From Octopus sinensis (lineage: Eukaryota), in assembly GCF_006345805.1 (NCBI RefSeq), contig NW_021829786.1, forward strand, positions 1 through 5,904: a DNA stretch of 5,904 bases, in the 5' to 3' direction. Each line of letters opens with the position of its first letter. Position 1 is the stretch's first letter. A program made the translations under genes and the position numbers. The notes under the pieces were generated by a model. It did no database searches and was not told the origin of the DNA. It saw only the letters and a list, made by a program, of their open reading frames with translations. Below are positions 1-5,904 of this stretch, piece by piece.

Positions 1-225
1 GGATGGGACGCCAGTTCGTCGCAAGTGAGCTGCCAAGATGCAGGAGGAAAGAATGAAAGTTGTGGCGAAAGAGTCAGCAGAAGTTCGCCATTACCTTCTG
101 CTGGAGCAGCGTGGAACTTAGGTGTTTTCGCTCATAAACACACACATTGCCCTGTCTGAGATTTGAACCCACACTCCCTTGACCACGAGTCCGCTGCTCT
201 AACCACTAGGCCATGTGCCTCCACA
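1..225 (-). mobile_element. tRNA-derived SINE, family B, copy 1 (3' part runs off the window's left edge)
   Basis: Reverse complement begins TGTGGAGGCACATGGCCTAGTGGTTAGAGCAGCGG, with a Pol III A-box (TGGCCTAGTGG, 213-203) and B-box (GGTTCAAATC, 169-160). The body GTGTGTGTTTATGAGCGAAAACACCTAAGTTCCACG..CTCCAGCAG aligns by eye with the + strand copy at 5189-5345. Confidence 0.85.
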
Positions 226-420
226 TTAGGTCCCTTAGGTAGTAGAAATTATCCACGACCTCTAAAGAGCTTCCAGAGCATTTGATACTTATGAACGTGG
301 AGGGTGTTTAAGTTGACTGGATTCTGGCAAAGGATTTGCTGCCACAAATTCTCAGTAAAAGAGTCGAGAATTGAAACTGAATTTAAATAGAAGTAAAAAA
401 GGGCTGAACTTCAAGGGTTC
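226..420 (+). pseudogene. Possible heavily decayed C-terminus of a Penelope-like GIY-YIG endonuclease ORF
   Basis: Broken frames read HIRS..(stops)..ELPEHL (222-284) and FKLTGFWQRICCHKFSVKESRIETEFK* (307-390), loosely resembling the H..H..F..R..E.FI tail of Penelope endonucleases. If the 435-3178 insertion is removed, a hammerhead motif lies ~300 bp downstream on the same strand. Weak, by-eye similarity only. Confidence 0.25.
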
Positions 421-422
421 TC

Positions 423-434
423 ATATTACAGAAG
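423..434 (+). repeat. 12-bp direct repeat ATATTACAGAAG, left copy (candidate target-site duplication)
   Basis: Exact match to 3167-3178; lies 7 bp before the first SINE-A copy. Confidence 0.7.
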
Positions 435-441
435 GTACAAA

Positions 442-666
442 GGCAGCAAGCTGGCAGAACCATTAGCACATTGAAAAAAATGCTTCCTGACACTTCATTT
501 ATCATTACGTTCTGAGTTCAAAATCCACTGAGGTCAACTTTGCTTTCATCCTCACGGGGTCGATAAATTAAGTACCAGTGAAATACTGGGGTCAGTGTAA
601 TCATCTAGTCCTCTCCCGCAAATTTCACACCTTGTGCCTTTAGTAGAAAGGATTATTATTATTATT
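442..666 (+). mobile_element. tRNA-derived SINE, family A, copy 1 (full length, (ATT)5 tail)
   Basis: A-box-like GCTGGCAGAA..TTAGC, B-box GAGTTCAAAATCC (514-526), central CTTTCATCCT..GGGGTCGATAAATTAAGTACCAG, and 3' CCTTGTGCC..AGTAGAAAGG followed by an ATT tail at 652-666. Three further copies are in the window. Confidence 0.9.
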
Positions 667-667
667 G

Positions 668-880
668 AAGTGGCAAGATGTTAGAATTGTTACCATGCCT
701 GGTGAACAACTGCACAGCCTTTTGTCTGCCCTTATGCTCTGAGTTCAAATTCCACCAAGGTCGACTTTGCCTTTCTTCCTTTCAGGGTCGATAAATTAAG
801 TACCAGTGAAACACTGGGGTCGATGTAATCAACTTGCCCCTTCCCCTGATATTACTGGCCTTGTGCCAATTTGAAATAAT
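668..880 (+). mobile_element. tRNA-derived SINE, family A, copy 2 (diverged head, variant 3' end)
   Basis: Starts directly after the ATT tail of copy 1. B-box GAGTTCAAATTCC at 741-753, same central block, 3' end GGCCTTGTGCCAATTTGAAAT followed by an (ATC)n tail. Confidence 0.88.
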
Positions 881-1035
881 CATCATCATCATCATTCATC
901 GTCATGTCGTCGTCCGTCAATCGTCATCTCATCGTCATTCATTCTCATATTATTATTATTATTATTATTATTCATTATTATTATTATTATATTATTGTTA
1001 TTATTATATATTATTATTATTATTATTATATTATT
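879..1035. repeat. Compound microsatellite: degenerate (ATC)n (~879-946) grading into interrupted (ATT)n (~948-1035)
   Basis: Read directly. It forms the tail of SINE-A copy 2 and the 3' flank of the LINE. Confidence 0.95.
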
Positions 1036-2754
1036 TTCAGTAGTTTTATTTTATAGATGCTTTCACTTTACAACCGAGCGCAGCTCTGTGTGCCTTGGGT
1101 ATGTGCTGTGATTGTTGTGATGCTCTGATGGTTATTGTATGGAAAGTGTTCTGCGTAGGATGGTTGCAGTGCCTAGTAGTGAAATTTTCTGTATGTTATT
1201 GTGTTTTTAAGTCCTGGTGTTTTTGTTATGTATTTATCTGAAATTTTTTATCATGCCTAATGCACCTACTATGATAGGAATTGTTTCTGTTTTCAGATTC
1301 CACATTCGAGTTACCTCTATTTCCAGGTCTTTGTATTTTGAAAGTTTTTCCATTTCTTTTAGAGACACGTTGTCATCTGCCGGTATTGATACATCAATTA
1401 GAAAGCATTTTTTTTCTTCATGATCTCTGACAACTATATCTGGTCTGTTGGCCTTAATTTCTCTATCTGTGTGTATCGCATATCCCAGAGTATGGTTGCT
1501 TTCTCGTTTTCTGTGACCTTTTCTGGTGTGTGCCTATACCATCTTTTTTCTGTGTTATTCCATAATGTTGGCATAGCTTCCAGTGTATGTAGGTTCCAAC
1601 TCTGTCATGGTCTGAATATATTCCTTCTTAGCCAGGACTGGGCAGCCAGAGATAATATGATTTATTGTTTCTTGTCCATCTCCACATATTCTGCAGTTAC
1701 TTGTAATATTTCTTTTCATTACATGTTTTTGGTAATTTCTGGTGGGGAGGCTTTGGTCTTGTGCTGCAATTAAAAATCCCTCTGTCTCTGCTTTGAGTCC
1801 TGAGCTTCTCAACCATTGGGGATTTTCTTTGTCTATTCTTTTGCGTTTAGTTTAGTGCAGTATTACCATGAAGGGGCTTTTCTTGCCATCGTTTTATCAT
1901 GGCTCGTTGCTGTTCTATTTTTAGTTTGGATTTCATTGTTTTAAGCTTTGTGTTTCTTCTCATCTTCTTCTTTTCTTTGTGTTTATTAGGTGGTATGATT
2001 TCTTGTTTGTATTTGTCAGCTTCCTTAAATACTGAGAACAGTTTTTTGTTTGCTCGTGTCTTGCTGCTATCTGGATCAGTTTTCCTTCCTTCTGAAGTAG
2101 GTATTTTTGCAGTCCTATGGTGGTTATTTATAGTAGTTTTCCAGCTGTATAAGGCCTCTACCACCTTCTATACGTTGTATATATAGTCTTTCTATGTCAG
2201 ATTTTGGGTGATGCATCCTAGATCCTGTCATTATTTTTCTTGTTTTCTATCTATTTGGACAGTTCATTTCGTGTCCAGTTAAGGATATTGTAGCTGTAAC
2301 TTATAACTGGGACAGCTAAAGTGTTGATACCTATTATCTTGTTTTTAGCATTGAGCTCTGTGTTTAGTATTGATCTAACTCGTCTATAATATTCTTTTTT
2401 TATTTTCTCTTTCATTTGTGTGTGTTGCGTCTTATCTAGTTCATGGATTCCTAAGTATTTGTAAGTTTGGCTTTGGTCTAATTCTTTTATTTCATTGGTT
2501 TTATCTAGTGTGATGTTGCTACTCTTAACTAGTTTTCCTCTTTTCATGGCTACTTTGGCGCATTTTTCTAATCCAAATTTCATATCTATTTCTTTGGTAA
2601 ATCCATGAACTGTCTTTAATAGTGTTTCCAGCTGTTTGTCATTTGCAGCGTATAGTTTTAGGTCATCCATATATAAAAGGTGGCTGATCGTTTTGCCGTA
2701 ACATTTATATCCGCATCCAGTTCTATTTAGCATATCAGATAGAGGTGACAGTGC

Positions 2755-2755
<1 letters not shown>
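1036..2755 (-). mobile_element. 5'-truncated non-LTR retrotransposon, R4/Dong clade (RLE type), inserted in (TAA)n
   Basis: Minus-strand domain order: RT (ISHLLYMDDLKLYA with YMDD at 2673-2662; FGLEKC; YKYLG), RLY..R.EGGRGL, AAQDQ, CCHC knuckle CRICGDGQETINHIISGC, HD, restriction-like endonuclease NRPDIVV..LIDVSIP..KEMEKLSKYKDL (NRPD at 1449-1438), IPIIVGALG, LRRTLSIQ* (stop at 1134-1132), then a ~97-nt 3' UTR running into TAA repeats. TAA tracts on both flanks match the known Dong target. Confidence 0.92.

Positions 2756-2757
<2 letters not shown>
1132..2757 (-). pseudogene. Frameshifted, N-terminally truncated RT/zinc-knuckle/RLE polyprotein of the Dong-like element
   Basis: Track ORFs 2251-2757, 1847-2164 (part) and 1555-1812, plus unlisted frames at ~1476-1240 and ~1195-1132, join into one protein when single bases are restored. 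The N-terminal half of RT is missing. Confidence 0.9.

Positions 2758-2827
<70 letters not shown>
2756..2827. repeat. Perfect (ATT)24 microsatellite
   Basis: 72 uninterrupted bp between the LINE 5' truncation point and SINE-A copy 3. Confidence 0.97.
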
Positions 2828-2829
<2 letters not shown>

Positions 2830-3041
2830 GGTGGTGAGCTGGCAGAAACATTAGCATGCTGGGCGAAATGCTTAGCACTATTTCATCTGTCTTTACATTC
2901 TGAGTTCAAATTCCACTGAGGTTGACTTTGCCTTTCATCCTTTCGGGGTAAATAAATTAAGTACCAGTTGCATACTGGGGTTGATGTAATCGACTGGGCC
3001 CCTCCCCCAAAGTTTTGGGCCTTTTGCCTATAGTAGAAAAG
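2830..3041 (+). mobile_element. tRNA-derived SINE, family A, copy 3 (full length, no tail)
   Basis: GGTGGTGAGCTGGCAGAAACATTAGC head, B-box at 2902-2914, central block, 3' GCCTATAGTAGAAAAG; colinear with copy 1. Confidence 0.9.
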
Positions 3042-3170
3042 TACATTCTGAGTTCAAAATCCGTCAGTTTCGGACCAATAAAATAAGTACCAGTAAGACA
3101 CTGGGGTCGATGTAATCAACTAGTCCCCTCCCCCACAATTAAGGCCTTGTGCCTTTCGTAGAAAGGATAT
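3042..3170 (+). mobile_element. SINE family A, copy 4 (5'-truncated, internally deleted)
   Basis: Begins TACATTCTGAGTTCAAAATCC (B-box only), lacks most of the GACTTTGCCTTTCATCC segment, and keeps AAGTACCAG..CTGGGGTCGATGTAATC and the 3' end GTAGAAAGGAT. Confidence 0.85.
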
Positions 3171-3178
3171 TACAGAAG
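3167..3178 (+). repeat. 12-bp direct repeat ATATTACAGAAG, right copy (candidate target-site duplication)
   Basis: Exact match to 423-434, located at the 3' end of SINE-A copy 4. Confidence 0.7.
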
Positions 3179-3458
3179 ATGCTCTGCGGTTGTTACCTCC
3201 ACACACACACAGTTACTTTACATAAAATAAAAAGTTAAACGAGCCAGAGTGTAAACGTGTCAAGGAAGGCAGAGCTGGAAAGGGGGGGGGGATCGGAGTG
3301 AGGGCTAATTGTGGTTGGAGATTGAAGATATCGGTTTTAATGGGTGATAAATATTAAGTGTTAACGAGGTTAGAAAATTACTATTTGTAAATCTCACGAG
3401 AGATATTTAGTAACAGTACTTTGGGAGTAAAGATTATTTGCCAACATAACAAGGCAGT

Positions 3459-3504
3459 TCTGGTGCTGATGAAGAGAAATAACCCAGAAATTGCGATACA
3501 CAGA
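3459..3504 (+). ncRNA. Type I hammerhead ribozyme-like motif (minimal, Penelope/retrozyme style)
   Basis: Stem I TCT(G)GTG 3459-3465 / CACAGA 3499-3504; core CTGATGA 3466-3472; A; stem II GAG-AAATAA-CCC; A; GAAA 3487-3490; near-palindromic stem III TTGCGA; cleavage triplet ATA ending at 3498. Confidence 0.62.
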
Positions 3505-3794
3505 TATTGTTTTGAGCTGAGTGGGCGTGCTAGATTCCTTTGTTTGAAAATATAAGGATACAGATCGTATTGTATAGCCAGCTGGAGATGATGTCTCCAG
3601 GTGGGGCTAAATTACAGCAACATTCATCCTAAACCAGGACTGCCATGTTATGTTGGCAAAAATTCATTAATCATTAATAAATCTGTAGAAGAAGAGACAA
3701 AGTCAGAGAGAACGTTTGTTCAAGCTTTCAAGCTTTAAACACTCAAATGAGAAAATCCTTAATCTTTATGATCAACCACACATAACGAGCACTG

Positions 3795-3953
3795 GTTGTT
3801 GTGGTTTAGCCCCAGGTCAGTCCTGATCCAGTAGACCTATGATCAAAGACGTTCCAGTTGTGACCATTATGTCTTTTATTCAGACATAGTGTATCTAGGA
3901 CTACATTATCTAATGTGTGCTTCCTTGTTGTTTAGCCCCAGGTCAGTTCTGAT
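3795..3953 (-). mobile_element. Two tandem 3'-end fragments of a third SINE-like repeat with (CAA)n-type tails
   Basis: GTTTAGCCCCAGGTCAGT(C/T)CTGAT at 3804-3827 and 3930-3953 (23/24 identical), each preceded on + by GTT repeats, i.e. a minus-strand ...GGGGCTAAAC(AAC)n end. The second copy is cut off by the TA tract. Confidence 0.55.
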
Positions 3954-3960
3954 ATATATA

Positions 3961-4787
3961 TATAGCGACGTCCGTACCCCCGTTGGCCTTATATGTAAGT
4001 ACATATTCCTATAAAATTTGGTACGACTCTACACACTGTCTCTCTCTCCTACATTTCTCTACTTTGATCTGTCCCCTTCTCTCTCTCTCTCTCTCTGTGT
4101 CTCTCTCTCTCTACTTCTCCTTTTCTCTTTTCTTGCCTCTGATTCTTTGGTCTACTCTCCCCCCACCCCACTCTCTCACATTTCTCTGTCTTTCTCACTT
4201 TGCACTCACTAGCCCTCCTTGGTACGCACTCTTTCTTCTCCCCTCTTTAATTCCTTCTTTCTTTCTCTTCCCCTCTTTGTTGCCTTCGTCCCTCTTTTTC
4301 TCTCTCTCTTTGTTTCCTTTGCCCCCTTTCTTTTCTCTCTCTTCCCTCACGTGACCGCTGGTCAAAATCAGCCTTTTGGCCTCCGACCACTGCCGTGAGA
4401 ACATCTGTTGTCTTCGTCTGCCGATAAAGGCATTTTTTCCAAATACGCCAGCTAAACTAAGTTGTACTGTCTATTAGTCGTAAGACACCTGCTGTTTTTG
4501 TCCTGCTTTTACCATTATTGTTTTTTGTATTTATATTCGTGTGGCATCGTACGTTTTTCTGTCCCTCTTTCGTATACATTCGATCCTTCTTCCAAGAAAT
4601 CTAATGCTCATAGCTTAGTTTTTCCTTGGGGCTGGCCGGATCGGAGTGATCTCAAGATTAATCAGCCGAAATTGCGAGGATGATCCGGTTCTTGACTGAA
4701 GACTGAAGGCTTCGAATGTCCCATCCGTGTTTTTTGTATCGTCTTCTAAATGTTTTACGTTCTTGTCCCAGTTTGTATTTTTCTACA
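3961..4787. mobile_element. Solo-LTR-like or non-autonomous element (~827 bp) inserted in (TA)n
   Basis: Sharp boundaries against TA tracts. Termini TATAG...CTACA are one substitution from TGTAG...CTACA. Non-coding, with an internal CT-rich tract and more CpG than the surroundings. Class is inferred. Confidence 0.5.
4036..4347. repeat. Polypyrimidine/(CT)n low-complexity tract
   Basis: CTCTCT runs and T/C-rich sequence read directly. Confidence 0.9.
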
Positions 4788-4818
4788 TAAAATAATATAT
4801 ATATATATATATATATAT

Positions 4819-5170
4819 GCTAATTCACTTATCTATATAAATGTGGATATGCTGATTAGCTTCTGTATGCCCCGATGTCGCCTGGTCGGAAATATGGATG
4901 GTAAGATTTCCTAGCATTTCTAGATTTATGTATCAGAATATTATGTTGATGAAGGAAATGAATCTATGATTCTAATCCAGAAACGTATGCGTCCATAATT
5001 GACCATGGACTGTTTGATTTCGTTATTTTTGCCATATAATGAGTTACAAATACTGTTGTCGATGGGGACATATTTTTGTAGTAAAAGAAATAACAGTCCT
5101 CTGGCTGCTATTTCTAATACTTTCGGTATGTGGTCTAGCAACTTGTTGCAAAGTCCCTCATTGTTATAAT
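4819..5170 (+). mobile_element. ~350-bp hammerhead-bearing segment between TA tracts (Penelope pseudo-LTR fragment or retrozyme-like monomer)
   Basis: Bounded by (TA)n at 4794-4818 and 5171-5189, non-coding, with a type I hammerhead fold at 4940-4999. Confidence 0.55.
4940..4999 (+). ncRNA. Type I hammerhead ribozyme-like motif with C3U core change
   Basis: Stem I ATTATG 4940-4945 / CATAAT 4994-4999 (6/6); core TTGATGA 4946-4952; A; stem II GGA-aat-GAATC-tat-GATTC-taa-TCC; A; GAAA 4980-4983; stem III CGTATGCG; canonical GTC cleavage triplet at 4991-4993. Confidence 0.75.
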
Positions 5171-5188
5171 TATATATATATATATATA

Positions 5189-5434
5189 TGTGGAGGCGCA
5201 ATGGCTCAGTTGTTAGGGCAGCGGTTTCGATTCCCAGATCGGGCGTTGTGTGTGTTTATTGAGCGAAAAACACCTAAAGCTCCACGAGGCTCCAGCAGGT
5301 GATCCCTGCTGTACTCCTTCACCACTCTTTCTCTCACTCTTTTTTCGTCATTCGAATCTAAAACAATGCGAACGCATTGTGACCAGCGATGTGTAACAAC
5401 ATCTGATGGTCTGGTCAGTCAAGTGATCACGTGA
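5189..5434 (+). mobile_element. tRNA-derived SINE, family B, copy 2 (two internal deletions), in (TA)n
   Basis: TGTGGAGGCGCAATGGCTCAGTTGTTAGGGCAGCGG head and B-box GTTTCGATTCC. The body matches the reverse complement of ~50-225, but the anticodon arm and the GCAGCTCAC..GGCGTCCC segment seen in copy 1 are absent. Ends GTGATCACGTGA followed by TA repeats. Confidence 0.85.
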
Positions 5435-5458
5435 TATATATATTTATATATATATATA

Positions 5459-5677
5459 CCAAGGGGTGCTGTAAAGTTGCTGACTTAAGGGTATTGCAAT
5501 AGACCTAGTTAGAGGCCCTACCATCCAAGTTCTTTTTACAAGGCTGAGAATGATTGAAGGACCACTGCAATAAGTGTGTGTGAATTGAGGGGGGAATTAT
5601 GTTGAATAAAATCATAACTAACTGATCCTCTCATGTTTTCTTTAACCCTAAGGTCAGGAACTTTCCAATCCCACCCT

Positions 5678-5679
<2 letters not shown>
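5459..5679 (+). mobile_element. Tc1/mariner-derived MITE (deletion derivative, ~220 bp)
   Basis: Imperfect TIRs: left ..AAAGTTGCTGACTTAAGGGT (to 5492) versus reverse complement of right ..AAAGTTCCTGACCTTAGGGT (from 5645), with TA on both sides. 5530-5609 reads FFLQG*E*LKDHCNKCV/../YVE*, resembling the mariner transposase C-terminal F..G..L..RW.KC...G.YVE* motif. Confidence 0.8.
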
Positions 5680-5754
<75 letters not shown>

Positions 5755-5904
5755 TATATGTATATATATAATATATATATAATATATATATTATATGTAT
5801 ATAATATGATATTATGTATATATATATATATATATATAATATATATATATATATGTATATATATGTATATATATATGTATATATATATATATATGTATAT
5901 ATAT
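5680..5904. repeat. (TA)n microsatellite, perfect to ~5751 then degenerate
   Basis: Read directly. Shorter TA tracts occur at 3952-3964, 4794-4818, 5171-5189 and 5434-5458. Confidence 0.98.

Noticed and set aside
155-222. Functional tRNA gene (Arg-like, TCG)
   Set aside because: A and B boxes are present but the acceptor and anticodon stems do not pair well, and the sequence continues into a repeated SINE body.
834-1043. 69-aa ORF with poly-I/Y/L
   Set aside because: Translation of the ATC/ATT microsatellite.
1217-2186. Plus-strand ORFs 1217-1423, 1420-1773 and 1899-2186
   Set aside because: Antisense shadows of the A-rich LINE coding strand.
2755-2757. ATG start of the 168-aa RT ORF
   Set aside because: Formed at the junction of the TAA repeat and the 5' truncation point in mid-RT; not a native start.
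442-3170. CRISPR-like or regularly spaced repeat array
   Set aside because: Units are ~210-bp diverged SINEs with Pol III boxes and irregular spacing; no cas genes; eukaryotic context.
3282-3291. G10 run as a G-quadruplex
   Set aside because: A single run without enough neighbouring G-tracts.
3721-3736. CAAGCTTT tandem duplication
   Set aside because: 8-bp local slippage with no associated element.
3983-4683. ORFs 3983-4354, 4018-4212, 4195-4404 and 4462-4683
   Set aside because: Low-complexity CT or T-rich translations with no recognisable motif.
4696-4720. Third hammerhead (CTGAAGA...GAATGTC)
   Set aside because: No GAAA box, no stem III and no closing stem I.
4941-5302. ORFs 4941-5201 (-) and 5039-5302 (+)
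   Set aside because: They cross a TA tract and element boundaries and show no domain signal.

Overview
Eukaryotic, AT-rich, repeat-saturated DNA with no supportable host gene. The SINE families look like those I recall from octopus/coleoid cephalopod genomes (inference, not searched). Left half: a nested cluster (435-3166) bracketed by a 12-bp direct repeat, holding four + strand copies of a tRNA-derived SINE with ATT/ATC tails and a 5'-truncated, minus-strand R4/Dong-type non-LTR retrotransposon (RT with YMDD, CCHC knuckle, restriction-like endonuclease) sitting in a (TAA)n tract. Right half: four unrelated elements separated by (TA)n tracts, namely a solo-LTR-like element, a ~350-bp hammerhead-bearing segment, a second SINE family and a mariner-derived MITE. 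The most notable unannotated signal is two type I hammerhead ribozyme folds (3459-3504 and 4940-4999). Their stems are unrelated, but both carry the same non-canonical core variant (TGATGA-A...A-GAAA) and a near-palindromic stem III, suggesting Penelope-like or retrozyme origin.
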